Origin: an actinobacterium SCGC AAA027-J17
GTDB taxonomy: Bacteria > Actinomycetota > Actinomycetes > Nanopelagicales > Nanopelagicaceae
Assembly (NCBI GenBank): GCA_000383815.1
Contig: KB912743.1
Coordinates: 12,945 to 76,944 of the forward strand
Direction: 5' to 3'
Length of the DNA: 64,000 nt
The translations under genes were made by a program, and so were the position numbers. Within the stretch, counting starts at the first letter, position 1, and each line of letters opens with the position of its first letter. Below are positions 40,090-49,438 of the stretch, piece after piece. Below the pieces are notes generated by a model. The model did no database searches. It saw only the letters and a program-made list of their open reading frames with translations, and was not told where the DNA came from.

Positions 40090-41223
40090 ATGAGCAACGA
40101 GATTGATCTAAACAAGCTAGCTACTGAAAGCAAAGTAGTTGCTGCTGGTCGGCCTGCTAAGCAACCCGATGGAGCACTAAATCCACCAATTGCACTTAAT
40201 TCAACTTTCCATGAGGGTGGACCAATTGGTTACGGCCGATATGGCAATGAAACTTGGAGTGCGCTAGAGGATGCTATTTCAACTCTTGAAGGTGGAAAGA
40301 CATTACTGCTTTCATCAGGCATGGCTGCGATTAGTGCAGTTTTTTCATTGTTACCTGAGGGCTCAGTTGTCGTAGCCGCTAATAATGGATATCAGGGAAC
40401 AACTACATTATTAAAGAAATTGCATGAAAGTGAAAAACTCAAAGTTAGATTTGTAAACCTAGCCAACACAGATGAAACAGTTGCGGCAATTCCTGGAGCT
40501 CAGATGCTCTACCTTGAGTCACCACTTAATCCACTACTTGAAATTATCGATCTACCAAAGCTGATAGCAGCAGGAAAAGCTGCAGGCTGTGGCGTCGCAG
40601 TTGATAACACCTTGGCAACACCACTTTTGCAAAATCCCCTTGCCCTTGGTGCAGATATAGTTATTCACTCTGTAACAAAGTATCTATCTGGTCATAGTGA
40701 TCTAATTTTGGGTTCACTAAGTACAAATGATTCAGCACTTTATAATCGATTAGAGCAATCTCGCAGATATGGTGGCGCAATTGCTGGCCCCTTCGAGGCT
40801 TGGATTGCATTACGTGGAGTTCGAACCTTTGCACTTCGTATGCAAAGATCTCAAGAAAATGCCCTGGAGTTAGCCACGCGCTTATCCAAAGATGGGCGAG
40901 TAGCAAAGGTTAGATACCCAGGATTGCCAACTGATGCATATCACCAAATGGCAAAATCCTTTATGAAGGGATTTGGCGCAATGATCTCCTTCGATGTTAA
41001 CGGCACAGTAGATCAGGTTGATTTAATGTGTAATAGTTCAAGATTAATTACTAATGCCACCTCCTTAGGCGGAGTGGAATCAATCTGGGAGCGCAGACGC
41101 AGATGGGCAACTGAGAGCGCATCGGTGCCTGAAAATCTCATTCGATTTTCAGTTGGTATTGAAAATGTGGATGATCTTTGGGCTGACATTGAGCATGCCT
41201 TTACCGCAGCCAAAATTAAATGA
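40090..41223 (+). CDS. PLP-dependent trans-sulfuration enzyme (cystathionine gamma-synthase/lyase family)
   Basis: YGRYGN, SSGMAAI, LESPLNP, VDNT, HSVTKYLSGHSD, TSLGGVES, RFSVGIE. Confidence 0.88.
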   Translation: MSNEIDLNKLATESKVVAAGRPAKQPDGALNPPIALNSTFHEGGPIGYGRYGNETWSALEDAISTLEGGKTLLLSSGMAAISAVFSLLPEGSVVVAANNGYQGTTTLLKKLHESEKLKVRFVNLANTDETVAAIPGAQMLYLESPLNPLLEIIDLPKLIAAGKAAGCGVAVDNTLATPLLQNPLALGADIVIHSVTKYLSGHSDLILGSLSTNDSALYNRLEQSRRYGGAIAGPFEAWIALRGVRTFALRMQRSQENALELATRLSKDGRVAKVRYPGLPTDAYHQMAKSFMKGFGAMISFDVNGTVDQVDLMCNSSRLITNATSLGGVESIWERRRRWATESASVPENLIRFSVGIENVDDLWADIEHAFTAAKIK

Positions 41224-41711
41224 GCTCAGTAAAGATCAGATCTGCTGAGATTTCAGATCTACCAGTAATTTTGCAGTTCATCCATGATTTAGCAAAGTAT
41301 GAAAAAGCACCAAATGAGGTTGAGCTCTCACTTTCAGAGTTAGAGGAATCTCTTTTTACTAAAACTCCGCAGGTCTATTGCCTGATTTCAGAGGCCGATG
41401 GGAAGGCCACTGGCTTTGCAGTTTGGCATCTAAATTACTCAACCTGGCTGGGCAGGCATGGGATTTATTTAGAGGATCTTTATGTTGACCCAAATTACCG
41501 TGGTTTAGGCCATGGCAAGGCGCTGCTTAGAAAGCTTGCTCAAATCTGTATTGAGCGTGGGTATAAAAGATTGCAGTGGTGGGTACTGGATTGGAATGAA
41601 ACCGCCATAGAGTTTTATAAATCCATCGGAGCACAACCGATGGATGAGTGGACGGTATTTAGAGTTTCTGGGAGTTCACTGGAAAAACTCGCCACAGATG
41701 GAATTGAGTAA
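41220..41711 (+). CDS. GNAT acetyltransferase (SSAT/diamine acetyltransferase-like)
   Basis: YSTWLGRHGIYLEDLYV..RG.G.G, WVLDWN..AI.FY. Confidence 0.9.
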   Translation: MSSVKIRSAEISDLPVILQFIHDLAKYEKAPNEVELSLSELEESLFTKTPQVYCLISEADGKATGFAVWHLNYSTWLGRHGIYLEDLYVDPNYRGLGHGKALLRKLAQICIERGYKRLQWWVLDWNETAIEFYKSIGAQPMDEWTVFRVSGSSLEKLATDGIE

Positions 41712-41744
41712 TCCGCAAAGTAAAAAAGATAGTAGATTTATCTC

Positions 41745-41894
41745 ATGATCAAAGCCTTTAAACGACTATTTGCACTCCTTGCTGGTGTGCTAGTTATATT
41801 TGGCGCGATCAAAAGTATTTTCAATTGGTTGGCCCGCTCTGAAAATGATGAATACGAAGTATGGAGCGATGACGAAGAACGAGAAGACGCTTAA
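41745..41894 (+). CDS. 49-aa single-pass membrane protein with acidic tail
   Basis: Manual translation MIKAFKRLFALLAGVLVIFGAIKSIFNWLARSENDEYEVWSDDEEREDA; TAGATT-N6-ATG; fills gap and abuts next GTG. Confidence 0.7.
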   Translation: MIKAFKRLFALLAGVLVIFGAIKSIFNWLARSENDEYEVWSDDEEREDA

Positions 41895-42275
41895 GTGAGC
41901 AGTGAGTATATTGCAGGTAGTTGCAATATTGGTAAAGGTGAAATTCGACGTCGCCAAACCGTTGCACTCATTGGACTGTTTTTAATATTTTTTTCAGCAT
42001 CCACAATTCTAGGAACTGAACAATCTAGATCTGTTCGGTTGTCAATTTTTCTGCCTGCCATGATTTTTGCAGTTGGCTTTATTCAGGCAAGGAAAAAGTT
42101 TTGCCTGGCTTATGGACTTGCCGGCACATTTAACTTTGGCAAACTTGGCAGCATTACCAAAGTTCAAAGTGAGGCGGATAAAAAAGCAGATCGTAAAACT
42201 GCAATCAATATTTTTGTTCAATCAGCATTACTTGCTGCAGCAATTACTTTAGTGTTTTTTGCACTACCCCTATAA
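41895..42275 (+). CDS. Hypothetical membrane protein
   Basis: Y..G.CNIG..EIRRR, GFIQAR.KFC; 3 hydrophobic segments. Confidence 0.75.
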   Translation: MSSEYIAGSCNIGKGEIRRRQTVALIGLFLIFFSASTILGTEQSRSVRLSIFLPAMIFAVGFIQARKKFCLAYGLAGTFNFGKLGSITKVQSEADKKADRKTAINIFVQSALLAAAITLVFFALPL

Positions 42276-43049
42276 ATCTTCATAACTAGAGGGCAATTCA
42301 CCCACATTTAAGAACTTCAGATACTGCTCTGTAATGATCTCTGGTTTACCTGATGCCAACATACTTCCTTTGTGCATCCATATTGCATGATCGCAGAGTT
42401 CATTAATTGAGGACAATGCATGAGATACGATCAAAATTGTTCGAGCCTCATCACACAGCTCTCTCATTCGATTAAAAGATTTCTCCTTAAATGCGGCATC
42501 CCCTGCAGATAGTGCCTCATCTAATAACAAAATATCTGGGGTCATATTCACCGCAACTGCAAATGCAACCCTGCTATACATTCCATTGCTATAAGTTCGC
42601 ACTGGCATATCTATAAATCCTTCTGGTAAATCTGCAAAGGCTGCGATGGCATCAGTCTGGCTTTCAATTTCAGCCTTACTCATTCCAGCAGCAAGTCCAC
42701 CTAAAATTATGTTGTCTCGCCCAGATAATGCCTTATTAAATCCAACACCAAGAGCTAATAAAGTTGAGATTCTGCCATTAACTGTGATCTTCCCAGTTGT
42801 CGGTGGCAAGATTCCTGCAATTGATCGCATTAGTGTTGATTTACCAGCACCATTTGCACCGACTATTCCAACTACTGAACCATGTGGAATATCAAGATTT
42901 AAATGCTTAACCGCTTCAACAGTTCTAGTTCTAACCCGCTCACCCTTACTTGCGCGCATAATTGCATTTTTCAAAGTCTTTTTTGACTCAACATTAACTT
43001 TGTAACTAATTGAAAGATCTTCAATTCTAACTGCCAAATTATCTGGCAA
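42270..43049 (-). CDS. Polysaccharide/teichoic-acid ABC exporter ATP-binding subunit (Wzt/TagH-like)
   Basis: GANGAGKST, LSGRDNI, YSNGM..R, LLLDE, VSH; start (TTG) uncertain. Confidence 0.88.
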   Translation of the reverse strand: MPDNLAVRIEDLSISYKVNVESKKTLKNAIMRASKGERVRTRTVEAVKHLNLDIPHGSVVGIVGANGAGKSTLMRSIAGILPPTTGKITVNGRISTLLALGVGFNKALSGRDNIILGGLAAGMSKAEIESQTDAIAAFADLPEGFIDMPVRTYSNGMYSRVAFAVAVNMTPDILLLDEALSAGDAAFKEKSFNRMRELCDEARTILIVSHALSSINELCDHAIWMHKGSMLASGKPEIITEQYLKFLNVGELPSSYEDL

Positions 43050-43056
43050 GGTGGCT

Positions 43057-43929
43057 TTAGATGCGGACGGCAAAATCACGCTCCCTTGAGATAAAGAAGT
43101 AAGCACCCATTGTGAAGGCGATTACTGCCCATACTAGGCATCCAATTAATTGGGAGAGTGTTGGCATTAAGCCATCAATCCAAATTCTTGAATTTGCCGA
43201 AAGAATAGGACCTAGTGGATTTATATAAAGGAGTATGCGATACCAACCATTTAACATATCTGGTTGCCATAAAACAGGTGAGGCATATAGCCAAATTCTC
43301 ATAATGTATGAAAGGAGCTTTGTGGTATCGCGGAAGTAGACATTCATAGTGGCAAAAAGCAAAGATAAACCAAAGCTAGTTATCACTAGCAGTACAAACA
43401 AAACAGGTAGCAATAGGTAATTTGCATTAATTCCTGGCAAAGAGGTGTCATCTAGAAATAACTTGCCACCAATTACAATCAAAATATAAATAGGAATTGT
43501 TGGAAAAAACTGCCTGGCAGCACTTATTGCACTAGATAGTGGCAATAGTGCGCGCGGAAACGCTTGGTTTAAAATTAGGCTGCCCCCCGATGTAATTGAG
43601 GAGGCGCCAAGTAAAATTGTGTTTTGGGCAAAGTAGAATGTAAATAAGCCAATTAATATGTGAGCTAGCGTTGTAAAGCCACCACCTTGACCTCTGCCAC
43701 CTTGAATGATGGTGACTAGTAGAAAGTAAATTACAGCTAAAAATAATGGATTTAAAACTAACCAAACTTTGCCAAGTTTTGACTCTAAGTACTCAGCCTT
43801 ATCTGAGAACTTAGAAAGTTCAGTGGCAAACTCTCTTCTTCGCCAAAAGTCACGAAAGTATGGCCGCAGTGGCGGAAGTGATGAACTGTGGGGTTCAAAA
43901 ACCTGGATCTTATTACCGCCCTCAATCAT
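43057..43929 (-). CDS. Polysaccharide ABC exporter permease (Wzm/TagG-like)
   Basis: LGKVWLVLNPL, FPRALLP, YFRD, WLYASPVLW, INPL. Confidence 0.88.
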   Translation of the reverse strand: MIEGGNKIQVFEPHSSSLPPLRPYFRDFWRRREFATELSKFSDKAEYLESKLGKVWLVLNPLFLAVIYFLLVTIIQGGRGQGGGFTTLAHILIGLFTFYFAQNTILLGASSITSGGSLILNQAFPRALLPLSSAISAARQFFPTIPIYILIVIGGKLFLDDTSLPGINANYLLLPVLFVLLVITSFGLSLLFATMNVYFRDTTKLLSYIMRIWLYASPVLWQPDMLNGWYRILLYINPLGPILSANSRIWIDGLMPTLSQLIGCLVWAVIAFTMGAYFFISRERDFAVRI

Positions 43930-43934
43930 GAGGG

Positions 43935-44834
43935 TTATTCTGCCACCTTTGATTTAGAACTTACGATCAGACTTGCAATCGTGGTGGTGACTAAGGTTCC
44001 AATTATCACTGTTAGCGAGAATTGAGTTGAAATATCTGGGATCTCAAAACCAAAAATTTTATGGATATCATTTCCATGGAGTGCCTCAATGACTAGCTTT
44101 GTACCAATAAATCCTAAGATTATGGCCAATCCCTTTGTTAGATAAATGAGTTTGGTCATTAAACCACCTAGTAAAAAGTAAAGCTGGCGCAATCCCATCA
44201 ATGCAAATGCATTTGCAGTGAAGACAATATAAGGATCCTTAGTCAATCCGAAAATAGCAGGAATAGAATCGAGAGCAAATACTAAATCAGTAAAAGCAAT
44301 TGCCACCAAAACGATCGTTAAAGGAGAAGCACCTCGCTTTCTAAACCAGGAAATAATCTTGCCCTCTTTCCATTCCTTTTCACCAGATTCATTAATTAAC
44401 TTGTATGCGGTATAGAGCAAGAAAGCACCAAAAATGTAAAATACCCAGGTATATCTGGATATTGCAGCACTACCTAAAGCAATAAATATTCCACGCAGTA
44501 CCAGAGCCATAATGATTCCGACAAGCAAAACTAATTGCTGCTTAGTTTTTTCAATCTTAAATCTAGCCAAAATCAAGATAAAGATGAATAAGTTATCAAC
44601 TGATAATGAGTACTCAGTTATCCAACCTGCAAAAAACTCTCCTCTAGCTTGAGTGGTATTCCATTCACCAAGGGAGTATCCAAAAACTATTGCAGCGCTG
44701 ACATAGAAAATTGTCCAAGCTGTTGCCTCTTTTATTGAAGTTTCTTTGTTTCTGCGGATGATCGCCAAAGCTAAGTCAAAGGCAAGTACAGCCAGTAGTC
44801 CTACGATTGTTACTTGCCAGACAGTTGAACTCAT
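43935..44834 (-). CDS. TerC/Alx family membrane protein
   Basis: EYSLSVDNLFIF, DLVFALDSIPAI, NAFALMGLRQLYF. Confidence 0.92.
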   Translation of the reverse strand: MSSTVWQVTIVGLLAVLAFDLALAIIRRNKETSIKEATAWTIFYVSAAIVFGYSLGEWNTTQARGEFFAGWITEYSLSVDNLFIFILILARFKIEKTKQQLVLLVGIIMALVLRGIFIALGSAAISRYTWVFYIFGAFLLYTAYKLINESGEKEWKEGKIISWFRKRGASPLTIVLVAIAFTDLVFALDSIPAIFGLTKDPYIVFTANAFALMGLRQLYFLLGGLMTKLIYLTKGLAIILGFIGTKLVIEALHGNDIHKIFGFEIPDISTQFSLTVIIGTLVTTTIASLIVSSKSKVAE

Positions 44835-46223
44835 TTAGTTAAATACCTTTCCAGGATTTAGAATGTTATTTGGATCTAATGTTTGCTTAATCGAGCGCAT
44901 TACCTGTACTGCAGAGGCCCCTGTTTCTGAAACTAATGCATCAATTTTACCTGATCCTATGCCATGTTCACCGGTACAGGTGCCACCCATTGCGATCATC
45001 TTCATAGTTATTTCATGGGTGATATGGCGAACATCCTCTAGCTCTTCAGGTTTAGCTGGATCGGTAACGATAAAACAATGAAAATTAGCATCGGCAACAT
45101 GACCTAATATTGAAAATGGATAAGGATGTTTACTTAGGATCTGCTCGGCTACAGTTACCGCATCTGCAAGTTTTGATAGTGGCACCGCAGCATCTGTACT
45201 AACAGCACGCTTTCCTGGATTTGCTGCAATTCCTGCCCAATAGGCATTGTGCCTTGCTTGCCATAATTTTCGCCTAGCACCCTCATCAGTTGTCCACTCA
45301 AAATCAGAGCCACCAAACTCTTCAACAATCTCCTTCACCGAGGCGGCATCCTCTGCCACACCTTGTGGTGAACCATGGAACTCAAAAAACAAGGTTGGTA
45401 CCTCGGCCAGACTCAAACCATCATGGGCGTTAACATTTTTAATACATTTTGCATCTAAAAACTCACATCTTGCAATCGAGATACCAGATCTAACAATTGC
45501 AGTTGCCGCAGTTACACCATCAGATAGATTGTTAAATCTAACTATCGCAGCTGCCATCTTCTCTGGAATTCCAAAGACTCGAAGGGTGAGTTCGGTAATG
45601 ACTCCAAGTGTTCCTTCAGAGCCCACTAATAATCTAGTTAGATCATAACCAGCAGATAACTTCCTAGTCTCTCGACCAGTTTTAATCACGGTGCCATCGG
45701 CTAGTACAACTGTTAGTGCTAAAACATTGTCACGCATTGAGCCATATCGAACTGTGGTGGTTCCAGCAGCGCCAGTTGCTGCCATGCCGCCCAAAGTTGC
45801 ATCAGCGCCTGGATCTACTGAGAAAAATAATCCTGAGCTAGCTAATTTCTCATTTAAAGCCATTCGATGAACACCAGGTTGCACTCGCACCAGCAAGTCA
45901 TCACCTCGAATCTCTACCACCTTATTCATCTGGGTTAGATCAAGTGAGATCCCACCAAATAGCGGCAGAACATGTCCTTCTAAAGATGAGCCAGCCCCAA
46001 AAGCAACTACTGGAATTTTCTCAGCATTGCAGTAAGCCAAAACCTTTGAAACCTCATCAGTACTTTGTGGCATTACCACCGCAGATGGACGAACTGGTGG
46101 AATAGCAGATTCATCTCTGCCATGTTGATCTAAAATTGTTTCATTAGTTGAAACTTGACCTGTAACTAAACTTTTTAAATGGGTTATTTGCGCATCAGAA
46201 AGATCTACCCGCTTATTAACCAT
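44835..46223 (-). CDS. FAD-linked oxidase (D-lactate dehydrogenase/GlcD family)
   Basis: GAGSSLEG, DPGADATLGGM, GYDLTRLLVGSEGTLG, GHVADANFH, GEHGIG, LNPGK. Confidence 0.9.
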   Translation of the reverse strand: MVNKRVDLSDAQITHLKSLVTGQVSTNETILDQHGRDESAIPPVRPSAVVMPQSTDEVSKVLAYCNAEKIPVVAFGAGSSLEGHVLPLFGGISLDLTQMNKVVEIRGDDLLVRVQPGVHRMALNEKLASSGLFFSVDPGADATLGGMAATGAAGTTTVRYGSMRDNVLALTVVLADGTVIKTGRETRKLSAGYDLTRLLVGSEGTLGVITELTLRVFGIPEKMAAAIVRFNNLSDGVTAATAIVRSGISIARCEFLDAKCIKNVNAHDGLSLAEVPTLFFEFHGSPQGVAEDAASVKEIVEEFGGSDFEWTTDEGARRKLWQARHNAYWAGIAANPGKRAVSTDAAVPLSKLADAVTVAEQILSKHPYPFSILGHVADANFHCFIVTDPAKPEELEDVRHITHEITMKMIAMGGTCTGEHGIGSGKIDALVSETGASAVQVMRSIKQTLDPNNILNPGKVFN

Positions 46224-46443
46224 CTATAGATAATACCTGCTTTAAATAACTTATTGCTTATTAAAATTGATTGATTTATTATAAAAATACTGTTATCAAC
46301 AAATTTACAATAAATTACGCATGAAATTATCGTAGTTGCTTAAAAGTTTAACTCTGCTAAACTCACCTAGTAACACAACGTCTGACTAGGAGAGTGCACG
46401 CCAAACTTCGGTCTATTAGGACCCTTTGACAGTACAAACCCGC

Positions 46444-47838
46444 ATGAAAACACAAACGCACCACAACCAAACCTTTCGTTCAGTTCCTACACATTCAAAA
46501 CCGCTGGACTCTTCTCGTCTTGAAAAACTATTTCAACAACAAATAGATTTATATAAATCAAATCTTCGCAGCTCAAGCTCTGAGTACTTAACTGCGCTTA
46601 AAACTATTCCACTAGGGGCGCACTCAACCTTTCAATCATTTGATCCATATCCAATCTCAATCAAATCAGCCAAAGGCGCCTGGATGGTTGATGTGGATGG
46701 GCGAAAGATGCTAGATCTTTCCATGGGCTTTGGCTCAATGTTGGTTGGTCACTTAAACCCTGAGGTGATGGCCGAGCTTAAGAGCACATTAGATATCGGC
46801 ACCTTATACACCGCACCATCTCCTGACTCACGAGATGCTGCTGAGCGTTTATGTCGTCGATTTGGAATTGATCAAATCAGATTTACCAACTCAGGCACTG
46901 AATCAACGATGTATGCCGTTAGAACTGCCCGCGCCTACACCGGCAAAGAGGGCGTAGTAAAGGTTGAAGGTGGCTACCACGGAAGTGGTGATGCACTAAT
47001 GGTTTCAACTAAACCACCACTAGATAAAGCAGGACCGGCGGAGGCACCAACTCCAGTAATTGGAAATGCCGCAGTTCCAGGTTTGTCATATGTGGTTCCG
47101 TACAACAATGTGGAAGCACTTGAAGCGGTATTTCAGAAATACTCCGACAAAATTGCCTGCTTTATTGTGGAACCTGTTTTGGAAAATGTTGGAATCATTT
47201 TGCCAGATGAGGGTTACCTAGAATCAGTGCGAGCCTTATGTGATGAGTACAAGATTGTTTTAATTTTTGATGAGGTCAAGACTGGCTTAACCGCAGGTCC
47301 ACAAGGTGCTGCTCAACGACTTGGTGTGATTCCAGATTTAATTTGTTTAGCAAAATCAATTGGTGGAGGAATTCCACTGGCAGCATTTGGTGGAAAAACA
47401 GAGTTTATGAAACCTGTAACTGATGGCCGAATGCCACACCTTGGTACATTTAATGGACATATTTTGGCAATGGCAGCGGTTAGAGCAGTAGACAAACTTT
47501 GTACACCAGAAGCTCTTGAAAAGGCTGAGGCTTTAAATATTCAAGCGTTAACTAGAATCCGTGAAATTATCGATGAGTATGAATTACCAGCACACACCGT
47601 TGGTTTTGGTGTGAAAGGCTGCATAACCTGGTCTGATCGACCAGTTAGAAATTATCGCGATTACAAAGCAACAGATTTCCAAATTGCCGAGCTTTCATTT
47701 ATCTGGTCACTAAATCATGGAATTATGACGCCACCAGGATTAGATGAGCAGTGGTTGATCTCCCTTGCCCATGGTCAGGCTGAGGTTGATTTTATGGTTA
47801 ATGACTTTAAGGAATTTGCTAAAACTCTTCGCAGCTAA
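46444..47838 (+). CDS. Class III aminotransferase, glutamate-1-semialdehyde aminomutase-like paralog
   Basis: FTNSGTES, GGYHG, IVEPV, LIFDEVKTG, AKSIGGG, GTFNG; differs from HemL N-terminal motifs; start could be TTG 46426. Confidence 0.85.
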   Translation: MKTQTHHNQTFRSVPTHSKPLDSSRLEKLFQQQIDLYKSNLRSSSSEYLTALKTIPLGAHSTFQSFDPYPISIKSAKGAWMVDVDGRKMLDLSMGFGSMLVGHLNPEVMAELKSTLDIGTLYTAPSPDSRDAAERLCRRFGIDQIRFTNSGTESTMYAVRTARAYTGKEGVVKVEGGYHGSGDALMVSTKPPLDKAGPAEAPTPVIGNAAVPGLSYVVPYNNVEALEAVFQKYSDKIACFIVEPVLENVGIILPDEGYLESVRALCDEYKIVLIFDEVKTGLTAGPQGAAQRLGVIPDLICLAKSIGGGIPLAAFGGKTEFMKPVTDGRMPHLGTFNGHILAMAAVRAVDKLCTPEALEKAEALNIQALTRIREIIDEYELPAHTVGFGVKGCITWSDRPVRNYRDYKATDFQIAELSFIWSLNHGIMTPPGLDEQWLISLAHGQAEVDFMVNDFKEFAKTLRS

Positions 47839-47839
47839 C

Positions 47840-49324
47840 TCAGGTGTTTTGCGGGAAACCTAAATTAATTCCACCATGGCTTGGATCTAACCAACGACTA
47901 GTAACAACCTTGCCGCGGGTAAAGAAGTGAACCCCTTCAGTTCCATGCGCATGTGAATCACCAAATAGAGAGTTCTTCCAACCACCAAATGAGAAGTAAG
48001 CCATTGGCACTGGAATCGGCACATTGATACCAACCATGCCAACCTCAACCTCATTTTGGAAGCGACGGGCTGCGCCACCATCATTGGTGAAGATGGCAGT
48101 GCCATTTCCATATTGATGACTATTTACTAGCGCTAACGCCTCGTCATAGCTTTTCACTCTAATAACGCTAAGTACTGGTCCAAATATCTCTTCCTGATAG
48201 ATGCTCATACTTGGCTTAACCTGATCAAATAAGGTTGGCCCAAGCCAAAAACCTTCGCCATCAACTTCAACTTTTCGGCCATCAAAAACAATCTTGGCAC
48301 CCTCTTTTTCACCAGCTGCGATGTAAGAGGCGACCTTGTCTCGGTGCACCTTGGTAACAAGTGGACCCATGTCAGCACCCTTTGTGCCATCACCAGTTTT
48401 AATCTTATTTGCTCGCTCGGTTATCTTCTCAATTAACTTATCTGCAATTGGCTCAACCGCCACAATCGCTGAAATCGCCATACATCTTTCACCTGCTGAG
48501 CCAAAGCCAGCGTTAATTGCCGCATCTGCAGCTAAATCTAAATCTGCATCTGGCAGAACAATCATGTGGTTTTTCGCGCCACCTAATGCCTGCACTCGCT
48601 TGCCAGCTTTTGTGCCAGTCTCATACACATACTTGGCAATTGGTGTTGAGCCAACAAATGAAACTGATTTAATTCCAGGATGTGTTAGCAATGCATCAAC
48701 TGCGACCTTATCGCCATGAACTACGTTAAAGACACCATCTGGTAATCCAGCATCTTTGAGTAATTGGGCCACAAACATAATTGCACTTGGATCTTTCTCA
48801 CTTGGCTTAACAATTACTGTGTTGCCGCAGGCAATTGCAATTGGGAAAAACCACATTGGTACCATGGCTGGAAAATTAAATGGTGAAATTACCGCAACCG
48901 GTCCTAATGGCTGACGGATTGAGTAAACATCTACGCCAGTTGAAACCTCTTCAGAAAATCCGCCCTTAAGTAGATGGGGGATACCGCAGGCAAACTCAAC
49001 TACCTCAAGTCCACGTGTTACCTCACCAAAGGCATCACTTAATACTTTGCCATGCTCTTTGGTAATTAAGGCGGCTATTTGCTCCTTATTTTGATTTACT
49101 AATTCACGAAATGCAAAAAGCACCTGGGTGCGCTTAGTCAGTGAGCTATGGCGCCAAGTTTCAAAAGCTTTTGTAGCCACATCTACTGCAGCATCAATAG
49201 TTGCACTTGTTGCAAAATTTACCTTGGCACTTATTTGGCCGGTCGCCGGGTTATATACATCACCAGTGCGCTCTGATTTTTCAGATGAAAGTTGGTTATT
49301 TATCCAGTGTGAAATAGTTTCCAT
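47840..49324 (-). CDS. mmsA: CoA-acylating methylmalonate/malonate-semialdehyde dehydrogenase
   Basis: PFNFPAMVPMW, KPSEKDP, FVGSTP, GGAKNHM, GERCMA, EEIFGP, GINVPIPVP. Confidence 0.93.
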   Translation of the reverse strand: METISHWINNQLSSEKSERTGDVYNPATGQISAKVNFATSATIDAAVDVATKAFETWRHSSLTKRTQVLFAFRELVNQNKEQIAALITKEHGKVLSDAFGEVTRGLEVVEFACGIPHLLKGGFSEEVSTGVDVYSIRQPLGPVAVISPFNFPAMVPMWFFPIAIACGNTVIVKPSEKDPSAIMFVAQLLKDAGLPDGVFNVVHGDKVAVDALLTHPGIKSVSFVGSTPIAKYVYETGTKAGKRVQALGGAKNHMIVLPDADLDLAADAAINAGFGSAGERCMAISAIVAVEPIADKLIEKITERANKIKTGDGTKGADMGPLVTKVHRDKVASYIAAGEKEGAKIVFDGRKVEVDGEGFWLGPTLFDQVKPSMSIYQEEIFGPVLSVIRVKSYDEALALVNSHQYGNGTAIFTNDGGAARRFQNEVEVGMVGINVPIPVPMAYFSFGGWKNSLFGDSHAHGTEGVHFFTRGKVVTSRWLDPSHGGINLGFPQNT

Positions 49325-49367
49325 ATCTCAACCTTACCTCAAAGAATTTACCGCTATGAAATTACTC

Positions 49368-49392
49368 CTTCCTACCAAAAAGGGATAGGAAG
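49368..49392. promoter_or_regulatory. Inverted repeat CTTCCTA-N11-TAGGAAG in divergent intergenic region (candidate operator)
   Basis: Perfect 7-bp arms between mmsA and the aminotransferase gene. Confidence 0.4.
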
Positions 49393-49438
49393 TGATTAGA
49401 TTGGGGTATCAAGTCAGGCCAACCAACCAGGGAGCAAA

